This document shows, piece by piece, positions 6,716 to 17,105 of a stretch of 40,591 nucleotides of DNA; position 1 is the stretch's first letter; each line of letters begins with the position of its first letter. The notes under the pieces are model-generated. The model was not told the DNA's origin. It made no database searches and saw only the letters and a program-made list of their open reading frames with translations. The position numbers and the translations under genes are program-made. Origin of the DNA: Cyanobium sp. (GTDB lineage: Bacteria > Cyanobacteriota > Cyanobacteriia > PCC-6307 > Cyanobiaceae); the NCBI GenBank assembly GCA_044233605.1, contig JBIIJS010000001.1, positions 1 through 40,591 of the forward strand, read 5' to 3'.

Positions 6716-8380
6716 TCAACACCGGCGAGCGGCAGCTTCGCAGGCCCGCCAGGTGATCGCCATCTCGGTGAGCGTGGGGCTCTGCCAGCCGGCACTGGGC
6801 CAGCAGGCCCCATCCACCACCAGCACATTGGGGGCGCGCCAGCAGCGGTTCCAGGCGTCCACCACCCCATCGGCCTCGCGGGCCGCCATGCGGGCGCCGC
6901 CGAGCTCGTGGATGTAATACCCGGCGGGGGCCGCCACCGGACTCACCGCCGGGCTGGCACGCACCAGCGGCTCAAGCAGGGGAATCACGAACAGCTCCTC
7001 GATCGGCAGCATCTGACCGCCGCCGGCGGCCACCACCGCCTCCATGCGCACCTGCATGTGCGCCACCATCTCGGTTTCGTTGAGGCCCCAGCGGCAGGTG
7101 ATCTGCGGAATCGGCAGGCCATGGACATCGCGGCGCTGCAGGTCGAGACACACCCGGTTGTCGGGATGGGGCAACACCTCGCCGTGGCCGATCAGGAAGC
7201 CGACAGCCGCATCGGGGCGGCGTTGCAGAAGACGGGGCGGGTCGAAGCGCTGCACCGCAGCCCAGAGGCCGTAGCCACGGCGGAAACCGAGCTCCTCGCC
7301 AGCTCCCAGATTCACGGTGTTGGGGATGAAGGCGCTGCCGGCGCCCGACAGTTCCGTCGGCCCGGTGGGAGGCGGGATGTCGGGGATCAGGAAGAAGCGG
7401 CTGCTGGAGATGTGATCCATCAGATAGCGGCCCAGGCAGCCGGAGGGATCGATCAGCCCACCGCTGCGCTGTTCCTCGCTGGAATGGAGCAGGATCCGCG
7501 TCGTCTCGATCGTGGAGGCGCACAGAACCACCAGCGGAGCTCGCACCAGCTCGCGTCCCCCTTCGGGTCCAGCCAGCACCACCCCCTCGGCGCTGCCCTG
7601 GTCGGGGGCCATGCGCAGGTGGCTCACCACCGCGCCGCTGCGCAGCCGCACCCTGCCAGTGGCCATGGCGCGGGCCAGGGTGACACCCTGGGCACTTGAG
7701 CGGGGCCAGGGGTTGGCTGCGCTGGGGCGATGCAGGGCGAAGCCGCGCGAATGGATCAGCGGCAGGCCCAATTCGCGCTCAATGGCCCGGCCCAGATGGT
7801 GCTCCCCCGGCGTGAACGGCAGGGGTGGCAGGTAGCGGCCATCGGGCAGCTGGGCCAGGCCATCGCAGCTACCGTGGACACCCAGGAGGGTTTCGAGGCG
7901 GTCGTAGTAGGGGGAAAGCTCGGCGCTGCCGATCGGCCAGACCGGCCCATGGCCATCCCGATCGGCGGCGCGGAATTCAGCCTCCGACAGCCGCAGGGTG
8001 ATGCCACCCCAGGTGAGGCTCTTGCCGCCCACCTGGCGGCCGCGGGTCCAGAGGAAGGGTGCATCGGCCGGCGTGCTGTAGGGATGGCGCTGCTCATCGA
8101 CGAACAGCTCCGGATTGTGCTTCCAGTAGCCCGGATGGTTGGCCTGCAGCCGCTGACGGCCGCTGCTGAGGTTGGCCAGCCTCCGCAGGCTGTTGAGTGG
8201 TTCACTGCCGAACGCCTGACGGGGTGAGCGATCGGGACCCGCCTCCAGGACCAACACCCGCAGGCCCGCCTCGGCAAGCACCATTGCCGCCACCCCGCCG
8301 GTGGCGCCGGCCCCCACCACGATCGCGTCGGGCTCGAAGGGATCGCCGGCGCTGGATGCCGAAAGGGCGGCAGGGGGCAT
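6716..8380 (-). CDS. GMC-family FAD oxidoreductase
   Basis: VVGAGATGG Rossmann motif, GRQVGGKSLTWGG, LGRYLMDH, HELGGARM, NVLVVDGAC, SPTLT. Confidence 0.92.
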   Translation of the reverse strand: MPPAALSASSAGDPFEPDAIVVGAGATGGVAAMVLAEAGLRVLVLEAGPDRSPRQAFGSEPLNSLRRLANLSSGRQRLQANHPGYWKHNPELFVDEQRHPYSTPADAPFLWTRGRQVGGKSLTWGGITLRLSEAEFRAADRDGHGPVWPIGSAELSPYYDRLETLLGVHGSCDGLAQLPDGRYLPPLPFTPGEHHLGRAIERELGLPLIHSRGFALHRPSAANPWPRSSAQGVTLARAMATGRVRLRSGAVVSHLRMAPDQGSAEGVVLAGPEGGRELVRAPLVVLCASTIETTRILLHSSEEQRSGGLIDPSGCLGRYLMDHISSSRFFLIPDIPPPTGPTELSGAGSAFIPNTVNLGAGEELGFRRGYGLWAAVQRFDPPRLLQRRPDAAVGFLIGHGEVLPHPDNRVCLDLQRRDVHGLPIPQITCRWGLNETEMVAHMQVRMEAVVAAGGGQMLPIEELFVIPLLEPLVRASPAVSPVAAPAGYYIHELGGARMAAREADGVVDAWNRCWRAPNVLVVDGACWPSAGWQSPTLTEMAITWRACEAAARRC

Positions 8381-8444
8381 GCGCACGACAGCGGCGAGGG
8401 ATCGGTAGGGGATCAGCGAGACCGGAATCCGCAGACACCGGCAC

Positions 8445-8476
8445 AAAAAAACCCGGACCTCGAGAAGAGGACCGGG
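8445..8476 (-). terminator. Rho-independent terminator downstream of tRNA-fMet
   Basis: Minus strand CCCGGtCCTC-ttctc-GAGGtCCGGG then T7. Confidence 0.8.
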
Positions 8477-8489
8477 ATACGGGTGAAAG

Positions 8490-8566
<77 letters not shown>

Positions 8567-8611
8567 GAGGGCACCCGGTGACTGGCGATCAGCTCTGAAG
8601 CCGATGAATGA

Positions 8612-8617
8612 ATCGTA
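8612..8617 (-). promoter_or_regulatory. Possible -10 element for the tRNA precursor
   Basis: TACGAT on the minus strand about 45 nt upstream of the mature tRNA 5' end. Confidence 0.4.
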
Positions 8618-8661
8618 CCAGTCGACCCGCCCCGGATCGAAAGCAACGCTTCCTCGCAGGC

Positions 8662-9633
8662 TCAGTCGAAGCGAAGCTCGCCGATCACTTCGAGGCGCAG
8701 GTGTGGGGCCGGCGCCTGGAAGTTGCGGCGCAGCTCCTCGAGGGTCATGGGTGTCAGCCAGTCGAGCTGCTCCAGCAGGTGCAGGGCCACGGCATGCTTG
8801 GCGCGTGAGGATCCGTCCTCCACCTTGACCGCCACCCCCATTCCCTCGCCGACGCGGGAGAGGCACTGGATCCCTTCGGCTCCACCCTTGCTGAGCACCT
8901 GGCCATGGCCAAGACGCATCAGCTCGGTGTCGAAGCGCCCCTCCCCGGCCACCAGCTCTGGATGGGCAAGCATCGCCCGGCTGAGCTGCTCGAGATCCGG
9001 CTGGGCGCCGGCGCCGAGATGGGCGAACAGCAGGGCCATCTGGGCCAGCTGCAGCTGCAGGGTGGGAGCTCCGCAGTCGTCGCGAGCGAGCACCAGTTCG
9101 GCCGGCGGCAGGCCCAGCAGTTCACCCACGCGCTTGAGCACCTCCCGGCTCAGTGGGTGGTCGTTCTGCAGGTAGCTCTCCAGTGGCCAGTGCAGGCGCC
9201 GGCAGGTGGCGAGGAAGGCGGCATGCTTGCCGGAGCAGTTGTGCTCCAGCGGGCTGGCGGCCCCCTTCGGCACCGGGCACTGCAGCTGCTCCACCTCCAG
9301 CTCCGCCCCCCAGAGGATGCGGAACGCCTCGCGGGCATGGGCGGTGCTGCCGACGTGGGAGGCACAGGCGATCGCCAGGCCCCGCTCGCCGCAGCCAACC
9401 ATCTCGGCTGCGCCGCTGCTCACGAAGGTGGTGGCCTGGAAGGGCTTGAGGGCAGAGCGCATGAAGCTCAGCTGCTGCGGATCCCCGGCGCGCATCAGCA
9501 CCCGTCCCCGCTGGTCGCAGACCACGGCATGGACGCGATGGCGCGATTCGACGATGCCCTCGCGCAGCAGACGCACTTCCAGCGGTGGCACCCCCGGCCG
9601 CGTGGACCCGCTGAAGCTCGAGGGCAGGGACAT
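8662..9633 (-). CDS. L-asparaginase II family (Rhizobium etli-type)
   Basis: RSALKPFQ, ACASH, HNCSGKH, DDCGAPT and SKGGAEG motifs. Confidence 0.9.
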   Translation of the reverse strand: MSLPSSFSGSTRPGVPPLEVRLLREGIVESRHRVHAVVCDQRGRVLMRAGDPQQLSFMRSALKPFQATTFVSSGAAEMVGCGERGLAIACASHVGSTAHAREAFRILWGAELEVEQLQCPVPKGAASPLEHNCSGKHAAFLATCRRLHWPLESYLQNDHPLSREVLKRVGELLGLPPAELVLARDDCGAPTLQLQLAQMALLFAHLGAGAQPDLEQLSRAMLAHPELVAGEGRFDTELMRLGHGQVLSKGGAEGIQCLSRVGEGMGVAVKVEDGSSRAKHAVALHLLEQLDWLTPMTLEELRRNFQAPAPHLRLEVIGELRFD

Positions 9634-9658
9634 GGGAAGGGAACGGGCTGATCAACGC

Positions 9659-10144
9659 TCAGAGAGCCTGACAGACCCCCGCTCCGGCCAGCAGCAGTCC
9701 GCCCGCCAGCGCCATGCCCCGGGCCAGGTTGGTGAGCACCGGGGCCACCTGGTGGCGGGCCACCAGCAGATCCTGCTGGCGCCAGTTCAGCGGCTTCTCC
9801 CATACCTGGCCGTCGTACCAGCCCGATTCCTCGTACTCGACCCGCTCGGAGATCAGACGGCGGTGCACGTAGCGCCAACCCAACCACTGGCGCAGCAGGA
9901 GCAGCAGGGGCAGAAGAACAGCCGCCACGGCCGCGGCGGCCACCAGGCGGGGTGGGTCGTGGCGCAGGGGGATGCTGCCACTGGCCACGAGCAGGCACGG
10001 GCCGAGGGCAACCAGCCAGGCTTTGAGCAGGGCGCGCAGCAGCCCCCAGCCGCCGGCCGCCGGCCAGGCGAAGAACCAGGAGTCGCGCAGCTGCTCGTAT
10101 TCCTGCAGCGGCCGCTGTTCCGGCGGCACTGGGCAGGCCGTCAT
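9659..10144 (-). CDS. ycf36: CGLD27/Ycf36 family membrane protein
   Basis: CPVPPEQRPLQEYEQL, LGWRYVHRRL, VEYEESGWYDGQVWEKP; ATG overlaps the rsfS stop. Confidence 0.9.
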   Translation of the reverse strand: MTACPVPPEQRPLQEYEQLRDSWFFAWPAAGGWGLLRALLKAWLVALGPCLLVASGSIPLRHDPPRLVAAAAVAAVLLPLLLLLRQWLGWRYVHRRLISERVEYEESGWYDGQVWEKPLNWRQQDLLVARHQVAPVLTNLARGMALAGGLLLAGAGVCQAL

Positions 10145-10554
10145 CCGCCCTGGGCCGGGCTGGCCAGGCTTGGGCTGACGTAACGCTGCTGTTCGCCATG
10201 ACCCCAGAACGCTTCCAGGCCGTAGTAGCTGCGCTCCTGGGGGGTGAGGACATGCACGATCACCTCGCCGTAATCGAGCAGCACCCAGCGTCCCTCGGTC
10301 TGCCCCTCCCGCCGCAGCGGCAGCCGCTGGGCATCGCTTTCGAGCCGGTCTTCGACGGAGCGGGCAATGGCCCGGACCTGCACATCGGTGAGACCGGTGC
10401 AGATCACGAACCAATCGGTGATCGAGGAGACATCCTCGACCCGGATCAAGCGGATGTCGACCGCCTTGCGGTCGTCGCAGGCCTCGGCGGCAAGCCGGGC
10501 AAGGGCCTCGCTGTCGCCTGGATTGAGCACCGGGCCTACGGGCTGGTCATCCAT
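10141..10554 (-). CDS. rsfS: Ribosome silencing factor (Iojap/RsfS)
   Basis: DDRKAVDI, DWFVICTG, QVRAIA, WVLLDYGEVIVHV, RSYYGLEAFWG. Confidence 0.96.
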   Translation of the reverse strand: MDDQPVGPVLNPGDSEALARLAAEACDDRKAVDIRLIRVEDVSSITDWFVICTGLTDVQVRAIARSVEDRLESDAQRLPLRREGQTEGRWVLLDYGEVIVHVLTPQERSYYGLEAFWGHGEQQRYVSPSLASPAQGG

Positions 10555-11182
10555 AAACGTTCTCGCTGCTGACCGACTGGCGTGATCCCTGCTGCTGGGC
10601 CATCTCGGCCCGGGCCTTGCCGGCGCTCTTGCGCAGGGCTTCAAGCCGGTCTTCGTAGAAGGCCCGGCGGCGCTTCTTGCGGGTCTGTTCCACCAGCTCC
10701 TTGAGCGCCCCGCCGAGGCTCTTGTACGCGTTGGGCAAGCTGTAGCCGAAGCGGCAGGCCAGGTCGATCGCCCGCTCATCGGCCAGGATCGCGTCCTGCA
10801 GGCGCTTCTCGGAGTTGTTCTTGAGGTAAAGCCGGTAACCGGCGAAGCCGGAGAGACCCATCGCCATCAGCAGCAGCAGGCCGTCCTGCACCCATAGCTC
10901 ACCGATCGCCCCACCCAGGCCGATTGCCAGCGCCGCCATTTCCCAGCCGTCGCGGGGCACTGCGTCGTTCTGGATGCGACCCACCTCATGCCAGAACAGC
11001 AGGTTGCGATGGTCGAGGGCCAGGGCATCCCATTTCTCCAGGTCGATCTGGATCTCGATCTCATCGCGACCGATCTCCTCGATCGAAATCAGTGGGGGAT
11101 CCACCGAGGCGGCCGCCTCGACGAACACCCAGCTCTGCATCTCCGGGGGCAGCAGGCCCTTCAGTCGCTGGAGTTCGCTCAT
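10547..11182 (-). CDS. DUF3318 family protein
   Basis: [19 protein letters not shown]...[11 protein letters not shown]...[11 protein letters not shown]; conserved cyanobacterial gene I recall upstream of rsfS. Confidence 0.85.
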   Translation of the reverse strand: MSELQRLKGLLPPEMQSWVFVEAAASVDPPLISIEEIGRDEIEIQIDLEKWDALALDHRNLLFWHEVGRIQNDAVPRDGWEMAALAIGLGGAIGELWVQDGLLLLMAMGLSGFAGYRLYLKNNSEKRLQDAILADERAIDLACRFGYSLPNAYKSLGGALKELVEQTRKKRRRAFYEDRLEALRKSAGKARAEMAQQQGSRQSVSSENVYG

Positions 11183-11338
11183 CGAGGGCGGGGCTGGTCT
11201 GCGGGCGGATGGGTTGGGAATGGCGCACCGGGAGTGCGTTATGGGCAGGTTAGCGATTGGAGCGGGGCGGCCGGTCGCCGGAGCGGGTGGATGACCGGCC
11301 CCCGTGAGAGGCTGGACCTGTCTGGCCTTTCCCTGCCC

Positions 11339-14300
11339 ATGCCCCGCCGCACGGATCTCAGGCGCATCCTGCTGCTGGGTTCCGGTCCGATCGTGATCGG
11401 CCAGGCCTGCGAATTCGATTATTCCGGCACCCAGGCTTGCAAGGCACTGCGGGCCGAAGGCTTCGAAGTGGTGCTGGTGAACTCCAACCCAGCATCAATC
11501 ATGACCGATCCCGATCTGGCGGATCGCACCTACATAGAGCCTCTCACCGTTGAGGTGGTGGCACGGGTGATCGAGATCGAGCGTCCCGATGCCCTGCTGC
11601 CCACCATGGGTGGCCAAACCGCCCTCAACCTGGCAGTCGCCCTGGCTGAGAACGGCACCCTTGAGCGCTTCGGTGTCGAGCTGATCGGCGCCAACCTCGA
11701 GGCGATCCGTAAGGCCGAAGACCGGCTGTTGTTCAAGGAGGCGATGGCGCGCATCGGTGTGCAGGTGTGTCCGTCAGGCATCGCCAACGACCTCGAGGAG
11801 GCCCTGCGGGTGGGTGAGGAGGTCGGTGGCTACCCCCGCATCATCCGGCCCGCCTTCACCCTCGGCGGTTCCGGCGGAGGCATCGCCTACAACCCCGAGG
11901 AATTCCGCCATTTCTGCCAGAGCGGTCTGGAGGCCAGCCCCGTCTCCCAGATTCTGATCGAGCGCTCCCTGCTCGGCTGGAAGGAGTTCGAGCTGGAGGT
12001 GATGCGCGACAGCGCCGACAACGTGGTGATCGTGTGCAGCATCGAAAACCTCGACCCGATGGGGGTGCACACCGGTGATTCGATCACCGTGGCACCGGCC
12101 CAGACCCTCACCGACCGCGAATACCAGCGGCTGCGCGACCAGTCGATCGCCATCATCCGCGAGATCGGCGTGGATACGGGCGGCAGCAACATCCAGTTCG
12201 CGATCAACCCCGCCAATGGCGATGTGGTGGTGATCGAGATGAATCCGCGCGTTTCGCGCAGCTCGGCGCTGGCCTCCAAGGCCACCGGCTTCCCGATCGC
12301 CAAGATCGCTGCGCGCCTGGCGGTGGGCTACAGCCTCGACGAGATCATCAACGACATCACCGGCGCTACGCCGGCCTGCTTCGAGCCAACGATCGACTAC
12401 GTCGTCACCAAGGTTCCGCGCTTCGCCTTCGAGAAGTTTCGCGGCAGTCCGGCGGTACTCAGCACCTCGATGAAGTCGGTGGGGGAGGCGATGGCGATCG
12501 GCCGCCGCTTTGAGGAATCGTTCCAGAAGGCGTTGCGATCGCTGGAGATCGGCAGGGCCGGCTGGGGCTGCGACCGGCCTGATCTGCCGCCCGAGGGCGG
12601 CGAGCTGGAGCGCCGCCTGCGCACCCCGTCGCCTGAGCGCATCTTCGCGGTACGTGACGCCATGGTGGCGGGCCGCAGCGATGCCGAGATCCACCAGATC
12701 AGCGCCATTGATCCCTGGTTCCTGGCCAGGCTGCGGCTGATCCTTGAGGCCGAGCAAGGCCTGCTGCAGGGTCGCCGCCTCGATCAGCTCGATGCCGAGG
12801 CCCTGCTCCAGCTCAAACAGCTCGGCTTTGCCGATCGCCAGATCGGCTGGGCGGTGGGTGCGACGGAGCTGGAGGTTCGCTCCCACCGCCAGGTGCTGGG
12901 GGTGAGCGCGGTGTTCAAGACGGTGGACACCTGTGCAGCTGAGTTCGCCTCCAGCACTCCGTACCACTACGCCACCTACGAGCGCCCGCTGGAACGGCTC
13001 CAGCCCGACGGCAGCCTGGTGGCCCTGCCGCCCGAAGACGAGGTGACGCCGGAGAGCCGGCGCAAGGTGATGATTCTCGGTGGCGGCCCCAACCGCATCG
13101 GCCAGGGCATCGAATTCGATTACTGCTGCTGCCATGCCTCCTTCGCCCTGCGCGAGGCCGGCTTCGCCACCGTGATGGTGAACAGCAATCCCGAGACGGT
13201 CTCCACCGACTACGACACCAGCGACCGCCTCTACTTCGAGCCGCTCACCCTCGAAGACGTGCTCAACGTGATCGAGGCCGAACGGCCTGAGGGGGTGATC
13301 GTGCAGTTCGGTGGTCAGACGCCGCTCAAGCTGGCGATCCCATTGCTGCGCTGGCTCGATTCGCCCGCGGGCCGATCCACCGGCACCCGTATCTGGGGCA
13401 CTTCACCGGAATCGATCGACCGCGCCGAGGACCGCGAGCAGTTCGAGGCGATCCTGCGCCGGTTGGAGATCCGCCAGCCCCGCAACGGTCTGGCCCGCAG
13501 CGCCGAGGAGGCCCGTGCCGTGGCCGCTCGGGTCGGCTACCCGGTGGTGGTGCGGCCCAGCTACGTGCTCGGCGGCCGGGCTATGGAGGTGGTCTACGAC
13601 GTGGAGGAGCTCAACCGCTACATGGTGGAGGCGGTGCAGGTGGAGCCTGATCACCCGGTGCTGATCGACCAGTTCCTCGAGAACGCGATCGAGGTGGATG
13701 TCGACGCCCTCTGCGACAGCGGCGGCACGGTGGTGATCGGTGGCCTGATGGAGCACATCGAGCCGGCTGGCATCCACTCGGGCGACTCGGCCTGCGCCCT
13801 GCCCTCGGTGTCGCTGAGCGATCCGGTGCTGGCCACGATCCGCCAGTGGAGCCGGGAGCTGGCCCTGGCCCTGGAGGTGCGCGGCCTGATCAACCTGCAG
13901 TTCGCCGTGCAGCGCGACGCGCAGGGGGAGGAGAAGGTTTACATCATCGAGGCCAATCCGCGGGCTTCGCGCACGGTGCCGTTCGTGGCCAAGGCCACCG
14001 GCGTGCCCCTGGCCAAGATCGCAAGCCAGCTGATGGCTGGCCGCAGCCTGGCCGATCTCGGACTGCACAACGAGCCGACTCCCCCCCTGCAGACCGTCAA
14101 GGAGGCGGTGCTGCCATTTCGCCGTTTCCCTGGTTCCGACACCCTGCTGGGGCCGGAGATGCGCTCCACCGGCGAGGTGATGGGCCTGGCCTCGAGCTTC
14201 GGCCTGGCCTACGCCAAGGCGGAACTGGCCGCCGGCGAGGCATTGCCCACCAGCGGCACGGTGTTCCTCTCCACCCACGACCGCGACAAGCCGGCCCTGG

Positions 14301-14680
14301 TGCCGGTGGCGCGGCGCCTGGCCGATGAGGGCTTCGCCCTCACCGCCACCGCCGGCACGGCCGCGGCGCTGGTGGCCGCAGGCCTGGCGGTGGAGCCCGT
14401 GTTGAAGGTGCACGAAGGCCGCCCCAATATCGAAGACGCGATCCGCTCCGGCATGGTGCAGCTGATCATCAACACCCCGATCGGCCGCCAGGCAGCCCAC
14501 GACGACCGCTACCTGCGGCATGCGGCCCTTGATTACGCCGTGCCCACCGTCACGACCCTGGCCGGTGCCCGGGCGGCGGTGGAGGGGATTGCGGCCCTGC
14601 AGCGCCATCACCAGGTGGAGGTGGTGGCGCTGCAGGACATCCATGCCCCCTGGAGCTCAGCCGCCATCGTCGCTGGGTAG
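11339..14680 (+). CDS. carB: Carbamoyl-phosphate synthase large subunit
   Basis: [33 protein letters not shown], duplicated ATP-grasp domains, C-terminal MGS domain. Confidence 0.99.
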   Translation: MPRRTDLRRILLLGSGPIVIGQACEFDYSGTQACKALRAEGFEVVLVNSNPASIMTDPDLADRTYIEPLTVEVVARVIEIERPDALLPTMGGQTALNLAVALAENGTLERFGVELIGANLEAIRKAEDRLLFKEAMARIGVQVCPSGIANDLEEALRVGEEVGGYPRIIRPAFTLGGSGGGIAYNPEEFRHFCQSGLEASPVSQILIERSLLGWKEFELEVMRDSADNVVIVCSIENLDPMGVHTGDSITVAPAQTLTDREYQRLRDQSIAIIREIGVDTGGSNIQFAINPANGDVVVIEMNPRVSRSSALASKATGFPIAKIAARLAVGYSLDEIINDITGATPACFEPTIDYVVTKVPRFAFEKFRGSPAVLSTSMKSVGEAMAIGRRFEESFQKALRSLEIGRAGWGCDRPDLPPEGGELERRLRTPSPERIFAVRDAMVAGRSDAEIHQISAIDPWFLARLRLILEAEQGLLQGRRLDQLDAEALLQLKQLGFADRQIGWAVGATELEVRSHRQVLGVSAVFKTVDTCAAEFASSTPYHYATYERPLERLQPDGSLVALPPEDEVTPESRRKVMILGGGPNRIGQGIEFDYCCCHASFALREAGFATVMVNSNPETVSTDYDTSDRLYFEPLTLEDVLNVIEAERPEGVIVQFGGQTPLKLAIPLLRWLDSPAGRSTGTRIWGTSPESIDRAEDREQFEAILRRLEIRQPRNGLARSAEEARAVAARVGYPVVVRPSYVLGGRAMEVVYDVEELNRYMVEAVQVEPDHPVLIDQFLENAIEVDVDALCDSGGTVVIGGLMEHIEPAGIHSGDSACALPSVSLSDPVLATIRQWSRELALALEVRGLINLQFAVQRDAQGEEKVYIIEANPRASRTVPFVAKATGVPLAKIASQLMAGRSLADLGLHNEPTPPLQTVKEAVLPFRRFPGSDTLLGPEMRSTGEVMGLASSFGLAYAKAELAAGEALPTSGTVFLSTHDRDKPALVPVARRLADEGFALTATAGTAAALVAAGLAVEPVLKVHEGRPNIEDAIRSGMVQLIINTPIGRQAAHDDRYLRHAALDYAVPTVTTLAGARAAVEGIAALQRHHQVEVVALQDIHAPWSSAAIVAG

Positions 14681-14707
14681 GGTGAAACATCTGTCGCCTC
14701 GACCCCT

Positions 14708-15430
14708 GTGACCAGCACGCTGAGCGGCCAGGCCGCCACGGGCAGCGCACCTGATGCCGTGCCGGCCCCCGGCAGCGACTGCCGCGCCGCCTTTCGCGCC
14801 GCCTATGAGAACCGCTACACCTGGGAGCCCGGCTTCGGCGGCTACCGCGGCTGCTGCGTCTGGGAGCAACCCAGCCAGGCTGGTGAAGCCGAGCGCCTGG
14901 TGGCGGGCACCTTTGTGGTGGGCGCCGACCTCCGGGCCAGCGTGGAGGGCATCGAAGATGAGGCTGTGCACAAGGCGATCGCCTCCCAGCTCTGGGAGGT
15001 GGCAATCCACCGGGTGCGGCGCAGCTTTGAGCAGACCCACGGCGAGAACAGCTTCACCGCCGGCGACACGAATGATGTGGGCACCGAGGTGATCGTGGGC
15101 GGCAAGGGTGCGGGCGACCGTTACCGCATCAAGGATGACGTGGTGACGATGGTGCACCGCCACATTCACGGCACCGTGGTGACGATCTTCACCGAAGCTG
15201 TGATTCACACCGGCAGCGGCTATCTCAGCAGCAGCTACACCAGCAGCTATGCCGATCCGGCCAGCGGTGAGCCGAAGGGCGGCATGAATCGTTTCACCGA
15301 CACCTTCGTGCCGCTGGTGGAAGGAGGCCCATGGGTGCTCAGCGAGCGGGTGGTCGTAGCCGACGCCTTCGCAGAGTCGCCTGCCAGCCGTCAGGTCTTC
15401 CGTTTCGAAGCGCTGGAAGCCCTGGCCTGA
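14708..15430 (+). CDS. DUF3386 family protein
   Basis: FRAAYENRYTW, QLWEVAIHRVRRSFEQTHGENSF. Confidence 0.85.
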   Translation: MTSTLSGQAATGSAPDAVPAPGSDCRAAFRAAYENRYTWEPGFGGYRGCCVWEQPSQAGEAERLVAGTFVVGADLRASVEGIEDEAVHKAIASQLWEVAIHRVRRSFEQTHGENSFTAGDTNDVGTEVIVGGKGAGDRYRIKDDVVTMVHRHIHGTVVTIFTEAVIHTGSGYLSSSYTSSYADPASGEPKGGMNRFTDTFVPLVEGGPWVLSERVVVADAFAESPASRQVFRFEALEALA

Positions 15431-15475
15431 GCGTCGCAGGGATGGCAGCATCGCCCCAGTTTCGCGGCGCTCGTC

Positions 15476-16864
15476 TTGTCTTTGCTCGATGCGATCAATG
15501 ATGTCGTCTGGGGCCCCCTCACCCTGCTGCTGATTGGCCTCACCGGGCTGTATCTGATGGTGGGGCTGCGCTTCATGCCGCTGAGGCGCATCGGATTCGG
15601 TTTCCGCCAGGCCCTCGGCTCGATCCGCAGCAGCAGCGGTGAGGGCGATGTGAGCGCCTTTGAAGGCCTCACCACCGCCCTGGCGGCCACGATCGGCACC
15701 GGCAATGTGGCCGGGGTGGCGGGCGCGATTGCCACCGGTGGCCCCGGAGCCGTGTTCTGGATGTGGCTGATCGCCTTCGTGGGCATGGCCACCAAATATG
15801 TGGAATCGCTGCTGGCGGTCCACTTTCGCGAGGTCGATGAGCTCGGTGAGCACGTCGGCGGGCCGATGTACTTCATCCGCAACGGCCTCGGTCCTCGCTG
15901 GGGTTGGCTGGCCAGCCTGTTCGCCCTGTTCGGCACCCTGGCCGGCTTCGGCATCGGCAACGGCGTGCAGTCCCATGAGATGGCCCTCGCCCTCAAGACC
16001 TCCCTGGGCGTGCCCGAGCTGCTCACCGGGCTGGTGATGGCGGCGATCACGTTTCTGGTGCTGATCGGTGGCATTGAGCGCATCGGCAAGGTCACCGAGG
16101 TGGTGGTGCCGTTCATGGCGATCGTGTATGTGGTTGGGGCGCTGGTGATCCTCGGCGCCCATCTCGACCAGATCCCCGCCGCCTTCGGCCTGATCTTCCG
16201 CGATGCCTTCACTGGCCAGGCGGTGGCCGGTGGTGCCCTCGGCACCGTGATCCAGAAGGGCATCGCCCGAGGTGTGTTCTCCAACGAGGCCGGCCTGGGC
16301 ACGGCCCCGATCGCCCAGGCGGCCGCCAAGCCCGGCGATCCGGTGCTGCAGGGCACGGTGGCCATGCTCGGCACTTTCATCGACACGATCATCGTCTGCA
16401 CGATGACCGCCCTGGTGATCGTGATCAGCGACCTCTATGGGGGTGATCAGCGTGGTGTCGCCCTCACCATGGCCGCCTTCGACAAGGGTCTGCCCGGCGC
16501 AGCCTGGCTGGTCACCTTCGGCACGGTGTTCTTCACCGGCACCACGATCCTGGGCTGGGGCTATTACAGCGAGCGCTGCCTGGAGTTCCTGGCTGGTACC
16601 GCCGCCATTCGCCCCTTTCGGCTGGTTTGGGTGGCGATGGTGGTGATCGGTGCTGTGGCCACCGGCGGCGTGATCTGGACGATCGCCGACATTCTCAACG
16701 GCCTGATGGCGATCCCCAACCTGATCGGCCTGCTGCTGTTATCCGGCACCGCATTCAGGCTCACCCGCGCCTACGACTTCGAGGCGTTAGCAGGAGCTGG
16801 GATTTCGTCTTGGGAGCCGTCGGTTTTCGAGGCGCTCATTCTTCGAGCGGTGCAATGCTCCTGA
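15476..16864 (+). CDS. agcS: Sodium:alanine/glycine symporter (AGCS family)
   Basis: LAATIGTGNVAGVA, GGPGAVFWMW, GGPMYFI, RGVFSNEAGLG, FIDTIIVCTMT, LMAIPNLIGL. Confidence 0.95.
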   Translation: MSLLDAINDVVWGPLTLLLIGLTGLYLMVGLRFMPLRRIGFGFRQALGSIRSSSGEGDVSAFEGLTTALAATIGTGNVAGVAGAIATGGPGAVFWMWLIAFVGMATKYVESLLAVHFREVDELGEHVGGPMYFIRNGLGPRWGWLASLFALFGTLAGFGIGNGVQSHEMALALKTSLGVPELLTGLVMAAITFLVLIGGIERIGKVTEVVVPFMAIVYVVGALVILGAHLDQIPAAFGLIFRDAFTGQAVAGGALGTVIQKGIARGVFSNEAGLGTAPIAQAAAKPGDPVLQGTVAMLGTFIDTIIVCTMTALVIVISDLYGGDQRGVALTMAAFDKGLPGAAWLVTFGTVFFTGTTILGWGYYSERCLEFLAGTAAIRPFRLVWVAMVVIGAVATGGVIWTIADILNGLMAIPNLIGLLLLSGTAFRLTRAYDFEALAGAGISSWEPSVFEALILRAVQCS

Positions 16865-17090
16865 GACGCTCATTGAGCTGCATCGCCATCGACTGACGGC
16901 CCACAGCCAGCACCTTGAGAGTGTCTTCGTGCATGCGGAGCTGGGCATCGGCCACCTGCATGCCGCGTACCAGTTCCTTGACCTCGTCGGGCAGGTTGTT
17001 GAGGTCGTACCGCTTGCCCTCGAAGGTGAGAACGGGGGGCTGGTTCGGGGCGGGGGTCTCCACGGAGGTGGTTGTAGGGCGCCTCACCAT
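16836..17090 (-). CDS. Small conserved cyanobacterial protein (DUF6447-like)
   Basis: PVLTFEGKRYDLNNLPDEVKELVRGMQVADAQLRMHEDTLKVLAVGRQ; host-like codon usage. Confidence 0.75.
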   Translation of the reverse strand: MVRRPTTTSVETPAPNQPPVLTFEGKRYDLNNLPDEVKELVRGMQVADAQLRMHEDTLKVLAVGRQSMAMQLNERLRSIAPLEE

Positions 17091-17105
17091 AAGCAGGCAA
17101 AGCCC

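Noticed and set aside
10988-11338. N-terminal extension of CarB
   Set aside because: Overlaps DUF3318 on the opposite strand; the conserved CarB start is MPRR at 11339
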